Below, piece after piece: positions 15,736 to 23,713 of a stretch of 30,260 nucleotides of DNA. The translations under genes and the position numbers were made by a program. Source of the DNA: a virus (lineage: Duplodnaviria > Caudoviricetes); IMG/VR virus record IMGVR_UViG_3300020264_000034, positions 1 through 30,260 of that record; one strand, written 5' to 3'. Under the pieces are notes generated by a model. The model made no database searches. It was not told the origin of the DNA and saw only the letters and a program-made list of their open reading frames with translations. Positions within the stretch are counted from its first letter, which is position 1; every line of letters starts with the position of its first letter.

Positions 15736-15907
15736 TCCTGAGTTTTATAATCTAGACATAACAAAAGACGGACTTGCATTAATTTACAAGTCCGTCTGTT
15801 TCCATTTGGAAAAATGGTCTGGGGGTGATCCTAGAGAGCAGGAAGCACTTTTTCAACTAAAAGATAATTTATTTCGTCTTATTTTGGAAAAAACCTTAGA
15901 AAGTTAA
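15725..15907 (+). CDS. Hypothetical 60-aa protein
   Basis: Protein-like C-terminal part of ORF 15605..15907 from the ATG at 15725 (W.GGDPREQE.L). Confidence 0.65.
   Translation: MDTDPEFYNLDITKDGLALIYKSVCFHLEKWSGGDPREQEALFQLKDNLFRLILEKTLES
15757..15797 (-). terminator. Probable intrinsic terminator for minus-strand transcription, inside the plus-strand 60-aa ORF
   Basis: 11-bp inverted repeat AGACGGACTTG/CAAGTCCGTCT (15766-15776/15787-15797) followed by TTTGTT on the minus strand. Confidence 0.55.
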
Positions 15908-15949
15908 TTTTTGGCGGGATTTTTTTTCCGACTTTCTGGGAAAAAAAAG
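15906..15949. repeat. T-tract element, copy 1 (copy 2 at 30168-30212)
   Basis: AATTTTTGGCGGGATTTTTTTTCCGACTTTCTGGGAAAA aligns with AATTTTTTGCCGCGATTTTTTTTCGACTTCTAGGGAAAA. Confidence 0.7.
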
Positions 15950-15961
15950 TTGATTTTGGTT

Positions 15962-16201
15962 TTAGTGGCGATGCCAACGCCTATAGCATGGCACCCTTAC
16001 TGTTTCATAGTAATACTCAACGAAGTAACCTCTTCGATCACGGACTTCCCGATAGACTTCCTCAGTGCATATCTTCCTACGTTTTGGACGATGATAGTGA
16101 TGATGATGCTCTACCCCAAAGGGTTCCCAGAATTCTTTCCATGTAATAGCATGAGAAGGTGATGCTGTGAGCAATATTAGAGGTAGAGCAAAAAGTTTCA
16201 T
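15962..16201 (-). CDS. Small exported His/Arg-rich protein
   Basis: Signal peptide MKLFALPLILLTASPSHA; ATGA overlap with the upstream stop. Confidence 0.75.
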   Translation of the reverse strand: MKLFALPLILLTASPSHAITWKEFWEPFGVEHHHHYHRPKRRKICTEEVYREVRDRRGYFVEYYYETVRVPCYRRWHRH

Positions 16202-16851
16202 GAGATTTGATACGGTTGAGGCGTTTGGTGATGACAAAACATTTCCCTAACATTAACATCCACAATCTCTCTCATATATTCTGGAATAGATGTTAGAAAA
16301 CTATTCGTACTATATCTAACTCCAGTTTCGATTGGTGTCACCTCATGGACCCAGAAAAAATCTGCTGGCCATATCATCATTTCACCTTTAGAAAGATGGA
16401 CTTCATGCTCACCATTAAAAAATTTAAATACTCCGCCAGTGTAGTCGTTATTTAAATTAAATGTTACACTACCATATGCGAATGGAGCATGGTCAGAGTG
16501 TGGATGTATTTTACATCCTTGCTCATATTTCAACAATCTATATGTATGAGAATACATGAATACTTGTCGTAAGCAAGGAATATGAAAGCAATTAAATGAA
16601 TCTAAATGTTTGATGTATTCATTAATTGCTTTCTCTGTTTTTTTGAAAATTAAATTATAAGAGTCTGTATTCTGATTTAATTCAATTCTATGAAATGATG
16701 AATAAGTATCTTCACCTGTATTTGCATGTATGCAATGCTCATATGAAGACTCTGATTTTCTTTCTTCGTATTCTGCAACTAAAGAATCGCATTCATCGTC
16801 CGAAAGAAAGTTTGGCACTCTATAAATTAAATCAAGAATATCAAACTTCAT
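16198..16851 (-). CDS. 2OG-Fe(II) oxygenase, prolyl-4-hydroxylase-like
   Basis: NFLSDDEC, LLKY..G..IHPHSD, LNNDYTGG.F.F, HEVTPIETGVRYS motifs. Confidence 0.9.
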   Translation of the reverse strand: MKFDILDLIYRVPNFLSDDECDSLVAEYEERKSESSYEHCIHANTGEDTYSSFHRIELNQNTDSYNLIFKKTEKAINEYIKHLDSFNCFHIPCLRQVFMYSHTYRLLKYEQGCKIHPHSDHAPFAYGSVTFNLNNDYTGGVFKFFNGEHEVHLSKGEMMIWPADFFWVHEVTPIETGVRYSTNSFLTSIPEYMREIVDVNVREMFCHHQTPQPYQIS

Positions 16852-16853
16852 AA

Positions 16854-17060
16854 TTACTTCTCAGTTTTTTTGTTGAAACCAAAGGGACCAAGTTTATCTT
16901 TCACTCGGTCCTTAATCACCTGTGCAGACAGTGCTTCCATAACTTTTAAAACATCTTCCGCTTTAGCACCCAGTTGTAGACGCTCTTTTACGAAATCATA
17001 TTTTTGAAAGAACTCGTCAGAGACGAGTTTATAATCATCAACGGTAATTGGGTCAGTCAT
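16854..17060 (-). CDS. Hypothetical protein
   Basis: 68-aa ORF coupled by TGATG to gp32. Confidence 0.7.
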   Translation of the reverse strand: MTDPITVDDYKLVSDEFFQKYDFVKERLQLGAKAEDVLKVMEALSAQVIKDRVKDKLGPFGFNKKTEK

Positions 17061-18022
17061 CAGTCCTCCTCAGCAAGTTTAGCGAAGTAAGACATTGCGT
17101 CCTCTTCATCTTCCACAGGTGAGGAAGCAACTGCCTTCTCTCGGAAGTTAGATACTTCTTCTCCCCAAGGCTTGCTGGGAGTGATGTCAGAGTCATTGAA
17201 ACCACCCACAGGGGTGTCAAATACTGCTTCATCTTCCTGCGTCTCACGATCAATGCGAGGAGCAGGTGCAGGTGCCTTACCAAGCACCAGATTCAGACGC
17301 TGCTGAAGTTGCTCGTATGTCTTAAAGTTTTTAGGATCTTCAAACTCAGCGAGAGAGTATGCCTGCTTCCAGATAGACTCAAGACGGTCGTCAGAATAGT
17401 CACCGAGAGTGCCAGGAGATGCAAACTCAGACTTATCATAATTCCAGTAACCATCGACCTTGCGGATCTTCAGTTTGAAGTCAGCACCAGTCCAGAAGTT
17501 AAAGGGATCAAGAGGAGTCTCATCTGCAAATGCAGGTTGCATTGCTTCAACGAGTTTGTCAAAGATCTTCTTACCAAACTTGTAGAGGAAGACTTTACCC
17601 TCATTCTCAGGGTGAGCAGGATCGCTCACGATATAGATGTTGCTGTAGTAAGACAGTTTACGCTTCTGAGCACGAGCAGTCTCCTTATCGCGATCAGATC
17701 CACTATTCCACAGTTGACGATTCATCTCGCCAACGGGATCATCCTTACCAAGAGTGGTAAGGGAGTTTTCAATATACCACTGTCCACCAGGACCCTTAAA
17801 GGCATGACTCCAGATCTTTGCCCAGGGCATATCCTCTCCATCAGGAGCAGGGAGGAAACGAATGACAGCGTAACCGTTGCCAGACTTATCCAACTCAGGT
17901 TTCCAGAGACGCTCGTCAGGACCGCCCCCACCTTGAGGTTGATTGATTTTCTCGATCTCTTTTGTAAGTTTGGCAATCGTGTTGCCAGCGGCACTAGCCT
18001 TCTTTAGAGATGCAAAAGACAT
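17060..18022 (-). CDS. gp32: Single-stranded DNA-binding protein
   Basis: DERLWKP..DKSGNGYAVIRFLP, GQWYIEN, KRKLSYYSNI, NEGKVFLYKFGKKIFDK, NYDKSEF; acidic tail. Confidence 0.97.
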   Translation of the reverse strand: MSFASLKKASAAGNTIAKLTKEIEKINQPQGGGGPDERLWKPELDKSGNGYAVIRFLPAPDGEDMPWAKIWSHAFKGPGGQWYIENSLTTLGKDDPVGEMNRQLWNSGSDRDKETARAQKRKLSYYSNIYIVSDPAHPENEGKVFLYKFGKKIFDKLVEAMQPAFADETPLDPFNFWTGADFKLKIRKVDGYWNYDKSEFASPGTLGDYSDDRLESIWKQAYSLAEFEDPKNFKTYEQLQQRLNLVLGKAPAPAPRIDRETQEDEAVFDTPVGGFNDSDITPSKPWGEEVSNFREKAVASSPVEDEEDAMSYFAKLAEED

Positions 18023-18073
18023 GATTGGATTCTCCGTATTAGTTGTGTGTTGTTGTGTGTTTGCTACTGGGTT

Positions 18074-18102
18074 ATCGTAGCATACTATTTAGTCAGGGTC
18101 AA
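18074..18102 (-). promoter_or_regulatory. Sigma70 promoter TTGACC-N17-TACGAT with a late box CTAAATA (18086-18092) in its spacer
   Basis: Exact 17-nt spacing plus TG extension, upstream of gp32. Confidence 0.75.
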
Positions 18103-18424
18103 CTTCCTGTTGTGCCGCTTTCTCAAGTGTCTGGATCATGGCATCCATACACTCAAGCAGGTTTTCGTATCCAAAAGCATTGCACAAGGAATTGATCCTG
18201 ACTTTCATGTCTGCTGCCTCACTGTCTTCGGAAGCAGCAAGACACAACCTTCCATAGAAAGTTCTCTGTTTATCAATAAGAGTTTTGCATTCTTCAATGT
18301 GATTTAATTTTTCTACTCGTGACATTTTACCAAGTTGAGATGTCTTATTTGCTACGTCTTGATAAGTTTCAAAAATGTCCTGTAGATTTGTCTGGACTTG
18401 ATCGGACTGAAAAAACTGACTCAT
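18089..18424 (-). CDS. DUF1825-like protein
   Basis: FFQSD.VQ, KQR.FY.RL.L..SED..A pattern. Confidence 0.7.
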   Translation of the reverse strand: MSQFFQSDQVQTNLQDIFETYQDVANKTSQLGKMSRVEKLNHIEECKTLIDKQRTFYGRLCLAASEDSEAADMKVRINSLCNAFGYENLLECMDAMIQTLEKAAQQEVDPD

Positions 18425-19020
18425 AGTTTTGCCTTAATTGTCTCTAAAATTATTTTCTTATACTTCTTACAGTCGATAGAAAGAAATGGTTGATACTTTT
18501 GCACTTTGAGTTTAGTATCTTTCCACATAGGATCTGTCAATACTTTATCAACTCGCTTTACATATTGAAGACAGTGATCAAATACGACTAGGGTCTCAAG
18601 ATTTACTTCGCCAGAATAATATCGTTTAAGAAGAATAGGATGCTTGCCTCTTTCTGCGTGGAATAGATTGTCAAAGTTTTCCTCGTAAGGAAATCCAACA
18701 TCTTCTAAAAGCAAGTCAATGTCCTGTTTAAATTTATAAGTAAAAGATTCTTGATGGACCTTCCACTGAGTGTAGATGTCACTACTAAAGTTTCTAAGAT
18801 AACCTTTACTATCAAAAATAAAGTTGGCAACAAAATAATCTAGCATCGCTTCACTAGAATACTTCGTTGCCAACTTTTTAAAAAAATATACATCGTTTCT
18901 TTTTTCAAAGGACTTCTCGCTTGCACGAGTTTTGCCTCTGTATTTCACATAATCATAATCAGGTTTTGTGAAGTGATTTTTTAATGCGAGATACATTTTA
19001 TACACTTCAAATCCAGTCAC
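18421..19020 (-). CDS. gp59: Helicase loader
   Basis: YKMYLALKNHFT...YDY.KYRGK, FEKRND.YFF.KLA, LETL, KY.PFL motifs. Confidence 0.92.
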   Translation of the reverse strand: MTGFEVYKMYLALKNHFTKPDYDYVKYRGKTRASEKSFEKRNDVYFFKKLATKYSSEAMLDYFVANFIFDSKGYLRNFSSDIYTQWKVHQESFTYKFKQDIDLLLEDVGFPYEENFDNLFHAERGKHPILLKRYYSGEVNLETLVVFDHCLQYVKRVDKVLTDPMWKDTKLKVQKYQPFLSIDCKKYKKIILETIKAKL

Positions 19021-19268
19021 AGTGGCAACACTCCTTTCGATGTTTTTTTCATGTAATTCATACGCTGCGCTTCATGTCGCAGTCTTTCCTTCAAAGGTTT
19101 GGACAAAAGTTTAGGAACAGTTTCAATCTCAATGTCATTTTCTTGACAGTAAGTGACAACTGCTTCAACATAAGTAATCAGTCCATGACTAGTCTTCACC
19201 AATCTCTCAATCTCCATCGAGAATTTGGTAGGTGTCATAAACTTTTCCTCAGGATTATCCTTTGGCAT
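19017..19268 (-). CDS. gp33: Late transcription coactivator
   Basis: FS.EIE..V....TYVEAVV.YC.EN.IE.E...KL.SK.LKE....EA...N; start moved to the ATG at 19268. Confidence 0.9.
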   Translation of the reverse strand: MPKDNPEEKFMTPTKFSMEIERLVKTSHGLITYVEAVVTYCQENDIEIETVPKLLSKPLKERLRHEAQRMNYMKKTSKGVLPL

Positions 19269-19929
19269 TTGCAAACTCTTCGATGTAGGATTTAAGTAAC
19301 TGTAAATAGTCATCAAGATTGTACTTCTCAAACACTTGAATAGACCCGTCTTCAACCGCGATAAGTGTGACAATTTTCTTTACCTCTATGCCTGTCCTTT
19401 CTAGAAACATTGCAGCATAAGCAGTCTCTTGCACAAAGTAGTGCTCGATATGCTCTTCACTCTTTTCTTTAGTGGAGGTTTTGAAATCTACCACTGCCAA
19501 CTCACCATCAAACTCAGCAATACAGTCTACACGACCAGCAAGACCAAGATAGTGAGAGTATAAAAAAGTTTCTAGGCAGTGAATGTTGTTAATACGGTTA
19601 AGCGTAGTCTTTGCGGACTGAAACATTCTAACAGATAATGGATTATTTTCCAAGTATTTGTTAACGTCCAGAGTCCCCCTGAAATGATCTTCTGCCATGC
19701 TGTGAAATGCTGTGCCACGTTGAGTAGCACGAGCAGTGATGCGATTTGCTTCAGTCTCACCAATACGTCTTCGCCATTCAGCAAAGAATTGTGCATTTTT
19801 AAATGAAGTGACTGAAGTCACGCTTGGATAATATTTATCCGCACCAGGGATGGGATAAAATCTTACTCCATCTTTACTCACAGGATCGACATCAACTTCG
19901 TTGACATCAACATCAATAAAATTAAACAT
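19255..19929 (-). CDS. PD-(D/E)XK exonuclease
   Basis: YPSVTSV, RGTAFH, AGRVDCIAE.DG...VVDFKTS, YFVQ..AYA motifs. Confidence 0.9.
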   Translation of the reverse strand: MFNFIDVDVNEVDVDPVSKDGVRFYPIPGADKYYPSVTSVTSFKNAQFFAEWRRRIGETEANRITARATQRGTAFHSMAEDHFRGTLDVNKYLENNPLSVRMFQSAKTTLNRINNIHCLETFLYSHYLGLAGRVDCIAEFDGELAVVDFKTSTKEKSEEHIEHYFVQETAYAAMFLERTGIEVKKIVTLIAVEDGSIQVFEKYNLDDYLQLLKSYIEEFANAKG

Positions 19930-20690
19930 TAAAAACCAAGATTGTATTTGTTGATGAGATACGATTTGACTAGACCCGATCTAACAATATCATCGATACC
20001 AAATTCAACACACGAAAACTCTTTCATGTTTTGAAGGATCTTAATGAAGTCTGCAATGCCAGACTTCTCATTGTCTTTGGTCAAATCTGACTGGGTGATG
20101 TCACCGCAGAGCATAATCTTAGAGTCTTCACCGATACGGGTGATCATCGAATCCAACTCATGGAAGTTGAGGTTAGAGAACTCATCGACAATAACAATAG
20201 CATTATCGAGAGTGACACCACGGATAAAACTAGTAGACCAAAAAGAAATAGTCTCCTGAGCTCTGAGGTTGTCATAAAGCATGTCAAATGAATTATCATC
20301 GGGCATACTAAACATGTATCTAACCATGTTTTTGTATGGAATCTGATAGAGTGCAGACTTATCTTCATGGTCTCCAGGAAGGAAACCAATCTCACGAGTC
20401 GGCACAAGTGACCTTACGATATAGATTTTATCATACGGTGTGTTTTCGTCAAGCACTTCCTGCAGAGCAAGGTAGAGCGTGATAAAAGTTTTACCTGTGC
20501 CTGCAGCACCGTGAAGCAAAATGTTTTGTCCCATTTGATACTGCTCAAAAACAGTCTCTTGATTGGGAGTAAGAGGATTGATAGGCACCATATAAGATGC
20601 ATCAATTGGTTTCTTTCTTTTGATTTGTTTTGCAGACATGCCAGGTGGGACAGGAGGACCGCCGTTGTTACGCTTTCTTGCTCTAGCCAT
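19929..20690 (-). CDS. phoH: PhoH-family ATPase
   Basis: GAAGTGKT P-loop, IGFLPG, FIRGVT, IVDE, ITRIGEDSK, GDITQSDL, DIVRSGLV. Confidence 0.97.
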   Translation of the reverse strand: MARARKRNNGGPPVPPGMSAKQIKRKKPIDASYMVPINPLTPNQETVFEQYQMGQNILLHGAAGTGKTFITLYLALQEVLDENTPYDKIYIVRSLVPTREIGFLPGDHEDKSALYQIPYKNMVRYMFSMPDDNSFDMLYDNLRAQETISFWSTSFIRGVTLDNAIVIVDEFSNLNFHELDSMITRIGEDSKIMLCGDITQSDLTKDNEKSGIADFIKILQNMKEFSCVEFGIDDIVRSGLVKSYLINKYNLGF

Positions 20691-20692
20691 AT

Positions 20693-20923
20693 TTAAGTAA
20701 ATCGACTCAGGTTTGCACGGGGATGTGCTTTTTGTACTTTAGACATCACCTCTTTGAATCCATCAGATTGTTTGGGTTGACCATAGGTAGTGCCAGCGAC
20801 ACCCTCCATCCAGTCTTTATCCCAATCAGGATTTTCATCCTTCCAATCACAGTATTCTTTCATACTCATGGAGAGAGTTTTTTTCTCTCCAGTCTTTTTA
20901 TTTATTACGGGGTAAGTAGGCAT
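20693..20923 (-). CDS. Small FmdB-like conserved phage protein
   Basis: MPTY...KKTGE and K.SDGFKEVMSKV..AHP pattern. Confidence 0.65.
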   Translation of the reverse strand: MPTYPVINKKTGEKKTLSMSMKEYCDWKDENPDWDKDWMEGVAGTTYGQPKQSDGFKEVMSKVQKAHPRANLSRFT

Positions 20924-21630
20924 TAATCGATCCTCAATGATGGTTGTAAGCAGTCACAATCGTCTAGTTTCTGAGGGCATCCACAGTCGCCCTCAGGGCA
21001 CCACCCAAGCGCCTCAGAGACGATTGGAAACTGGCAGATGAAGTGCTGCTTGCAGAGTTCTGCAATATCCATATGCTCTTTCTGGGTGCCGTTAGCAGTC
21101 CGCAGATTTATATAGTGGATCCACGAACGCAGATTGCCTGTCATGTAGAGTTTTGTCCCTACGGCGAGGGGAAGCACAAAACGAGCACACTCCTTTGCAA
21201 TATCATCTTCAAGCATCTGCTGATACAAACGCATACCCTGCTCAAAGTGCTGCTGCATGAGGATCTCATACTTCTGCTTTAGAAAAGGATCAATATCATC
21301 AATAGAATTCTGACGATTCTTAGTATCCTGACGACGCAGCTCAGGCAGTTTGATGTCACCCAGTGCAGAGGAGTCTGCATAACGTTGGGAGAACTCTTGG
21401 AAGCAGAAGGACCTATGACGCAAAATTTGAGCTGCCAGTCCCCTGGTAGTCTGAATCTCCAAAGTCATTGTTGCTTGCTCAAACACAGACCAGTGTCCAT
21501 GCTTAATGCAATACTTCAAAAGACCAGAGACCTTAGGGTTGTCCTGGTTTGCTGGATTGCTTACGCGAGCAATGTATCCAATAGTTTTCTCTGCATCAGG
21601 AGTTACAGAGACAAGACATACTTTCGTCAT
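20923..21630 (-). CDS. thyX: FAD-dependent thymidylate synthase
   Basis: HWSVFE, RHRSF.FQEFSQRY, AKECARFVLP, NLRSW.HY..LR. Confidence 0.97.
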   Translation of the reverse strand: MTKVCLVSVTPDAEKTIGYIARVSNPANQDNPKVSGLLKYCIKHGHWSVFEQATMTLEIQTTRGLAAQILRHRSFCFQEFSQRYADSSALGDIKLPELRRQDTKNRQNSIDDIDPFLKQKYEILMQQHFEQGMRLYQQMLEDDIAKECARFVLPLAVGTKLYMTGNLRSWIHYINLRTANGTQKEHMDIAELCKQHFICQFPIVSEALGWCPEGDCGCPQKLDDCDCLQPSLRID

Positions 21631-21857
21631 CGTTTGAATAAAATATAAGACATTGCCAGAAGTCCAACAGACTTAAAGAATCCAATAGAAGGAAGACTGA
21701 AGATTGCTGGCATCAACCAATTCCATAGTAGCATGAAGATAAGAGGTAGCGCAACCACTACACCAAATACAAAACCCAATTGCATTGCTGGTGATTTCTC
21801 TTCTTTCTCCTCTTCAACTTCTTCTTCTGCTGCTCTATTGTCAAGATAGACAGTCAT
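21627..21857 (-). CDS. Small membrane protein
   Basis: Acidic N-terminus plus hydrophobic helices (LWNWLMP.IF.LP.I); start at 21857 by TAATG coupling. Confidence 0.75.
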   Translation of the reverse strand: MTVYLDNRAAEEEVEEEKEEKSPAMQLGFVFGVVVALPLIFMLLWNWLMPAIFSLPSIGFFKSVGLLAMSYILFKR

Positions 21858-22132
21858 TACTTTCTTTTTTGGTTTGAATCTTTTTTGGAAGAAGGATCTT
21901 GCCATAGTTTCGGATTTACTCTACCTTCAGTTTGTGTCATGTTAACAAAGTCACGACGATAATGATCCCAATAATGATCAAAGATATCTACTTGCTTAGC
22001 AGCAGAGCAGATATCAAACTTTGTAATACCGTCTTGCATATATTCTACGAGAAATGCTGTGTAAGGAAGTGATCGATCCTCTGCAAGGGAAGGATCACAT
22101 TCCTTGTGAATCATTCTAATGCCTTTCCCCAT
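21857..22132 (-). CDS. Hypothetical cyanophage protein
   Basis: CDP.LA.D..LPY.AFLVEY, IFDHYWD.Y, GRVNPKLW; start at 22132 by TGATG coupling. Confidence 0.75.
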   Translation of the reverse strand: MGKGIRMIHKECDPSLAEDRSLPYTAFLVEYMQDGITKFDICSAAKQVDIFDHYWDHYRRDFVNMTQTEGRVNPKLWQDPSSKKDSNQKRK

Positions 22133-22587
22133 CAGGAGCGACCTCCCCATTCAATTTGGGGAAATGCTTCAGACACAACCGCCTTTGTGATTCTCTTATA
22201 CTTGTTTGAAAGTTGTCCATCCTTTACTAGGCAAAGCAACTCTGCTTCATCTGCATGAAGACCTTCTAGCAATTGGACAAACATACTTTCTCTCTTGAGA
22301 GAAGGAAGTTTTGCACCACCCTTAAAGAAACGATACAGACCTTTGTATTCATGCTCAAGACGAGTGTGATCTGTGCCAGCAGGTGCATCATTGGCAGTAT
22401 AAGGGACTTCTCCCTCAGGCATTTCTGACACAACACTATCATCAAAGTTGATGATCAACAGTTGACGTAGTGCATTACTATTATGTTTTCGCAGGAGATT
22501 GATTTTCTCCTGCTTTGTTTTTGCATTACTAACTTTTCGTAGCACTTCAGATAGTAATAGTCTTGCAGAACTATTTGTTGTAGCCAT
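22132..22587 (-). CDS. Conserved T4-like hypothetical protein
   Basis: EVL.KVS..K.K.EKI..L, PEG.VPY, KRE.MFVQLLEGLH..EA; AGGAG RBS. Confidence 0.8.
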   Translation of the reverse strand: MATTNSSARLLLSEVLRKVSNAKTKQEKINLLRKHNSNALRQLLIINFDDSVVSEMPEGEVPYTANDAPAGTDHTRLEHEYKGLYRFFKGGAKLPSLKRESMFVQLLEGLHADEAELLCLVKDGQLSNKYKRITKAVVSEAFPQIEWGGRS

Positions 22588-22603
22588 AATTAAATCTCCT
22601 TAA

Positions 22604-22840
22604 TCATTCCTCGTCATCGTCTAGGTCATCATCAGTCCAATACTGAATGTCAGGTCTTACATAGATTAATTCATCATGTAAGATATTACCATTTTCATCC
22701 AACATTTCTGGATGAGTTACAGATTTAGCGTATGCAGCATTCTCGATATAATCTTCGACATACCCCTTTGCTAACCAAGAAACAGTGATTCCTAAAATGA
22801 AAGCACCGATTGTAACTAAGACTGCTAATGCAATTAACAT
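22604..22840 (-). CDS. Single-pass membrane protein with acidic tail
   Basis: N-terminal TM helix, HPEMLDENG motif, strong AAGGAGG RBS. Confidence 0.75.
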   Translation of the reverse strand: MLIALAVLVTIGAFILGITVSWLAKGYVEDYIENAAYAKSVTHPEMLDENGNILHDELIYVRPDIQYWTDDDLDDDEE

Positions 22841-22906
22841 GGTTTCCCCTCCTTTATTGTTTGCAGTTGTTTTTGGAAACCAACCTCCTTAAGATAACTC
22901 AAAAAA

Positions 22907-22914
22907 TATTTATA
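22907..22914 (-). promoter_or_regulatory. Late promoter TATAAATA
   Basis: Perfect T4 late consensus in an intergenic gap. Confidence 0.75.
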
Positions 22915-22919
22915 AACCC

Positions 22920-23156
22920 TCACACAATGTTGTTTTCTCTAAGATACTTTACTGTCTCTGTGCAACCACCAAGATTTTTTCCATCCATGATTACTTGAGG
23001 AAAAGTAGATCCCTTTCCAAACTTAGAGTAGAATTCACTTCTACTAAAGTTTCTATCCAACACTTGCTCTGTGAAGGGAAGACCTTTTAGTGAAAGGACT
23101 TGCTTAACTTGAGTGCAATATGGGCAACCGTTGCGAGTATATACAATAAAATTCAT
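22920..23156 (-). CDS. nrdC: Glutaredoxin
   Basis: CPYC active site, TFPQV, GG. Confidence 0.92.
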   Translation of the reverse strand: MNFIVYTRNGCPYCTQVKQVLSLKGLPFTEQVLDRNFSRSEFYSKFGKGSTFPQVIMDGKNLGGCTETVKYLRENNIV

Positions 23157-23170
23157 AATAACCTCTGAAT

Positions 23171-23194
23171 AAAAAGGGACCTCATAGAGGTCCC
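23171..23194 (-). terminator. Intrinsic terminator
   Basis: GGGACCTC-TAT-GAGGTCCC-TTTTT. Confidence 0.85.
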
Positions 23195-23238
23195 ATTGGG
23201 TGTTCCGACTTTTGTAGAGACCGCACGAAAGGTCTCAT
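23171..23238 (-). ncRNA. Candidate small RNA or structured 3' UTR
   Basis: GAGACC/GGTCTC hairpin (23217-23236), linker and terminator; ATATATA box at 23241-23247. Confidence 0.4.
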
Positions 23239-23246
23239 ACTATATA

Positions 23247-23612
23247 TCAGAAACTCCAGGTTGCACCGATCTTGGTACCATAACCGTTGTCAGCATCATC
23301 AACGCCACCAGCGAAGGAGAGCTCACCATAGACACTCAGTGCCTCGGTAGCAGCAACGCTAGCATAGACTTTACCAGACAGCACGGTGTCAGACTCACCA
23401 CCGTCAGTTACGACGAAGGAAGGACCGATCTGAGCGCCATAGGACACAGCACCAGCATCACCAGCGTAGCCAACGTGAGCGTCTGTAGTCGTCCCAGTGT
23501 AATCCGAACCTGTGAATCCCGAGTTTGCCTCTACATTAACGTAGGGACCAGCAAGGGCAGGTGCTGCCATCAGAGGAGCAGCGGCAGCAAGTGCGATTGC
23601 AGTTTTGATCAT
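23247..23612 (-). CDS. Small outer-membrane beta-barrel-like protein
   Basis: Ala-rich signal peptide, amphipathic beta-strands, C-terminal GATWSF beta-signal. Confidence 0.8.
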   Translation of the reverse strand: MIKTAIALAAAAPLMAAPALAGPYVNVEANSGFTGSDYTGTTTDAHVGYAGDAGAVSYGAQIGPSFVVTDGGESDTVLSGKVYASVAATEALSVYGELSFAGGVDDADNGYGTKIGATWSF

Positions 23613-23710
23613 TGTTGTTTACCTTTAGTTTACTTGCGGAATGGTTACCCGCAGATGGATAGGGACCCGACATGTCCCGTTGTTACAAATCGAAACAATT
23701 GGTTTCGATC
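23613..23710 (-). promoter_or_regulatory. Structured 5' leader with three hairpins
   Basis: Stems 23689-96/23702-09, 23662-66/23674-78 and 23635-39/23649-53 between the late promoter and the ATG. Confidence 0.6.
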
Positions 23711-23713
23711 ACT

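Noticed and set aside
17309-18007. 232-aa plus-strand ORF opposite gp32
   Set aside because: Typical antisense open frame caused by codon bias; no motif or RBS
19255-19929. Cas4/CRISPR association of the exonuclease
   Set aside because: No four-Cys Fe-S pattern, no array or cas genes; ordinary T4-like core context
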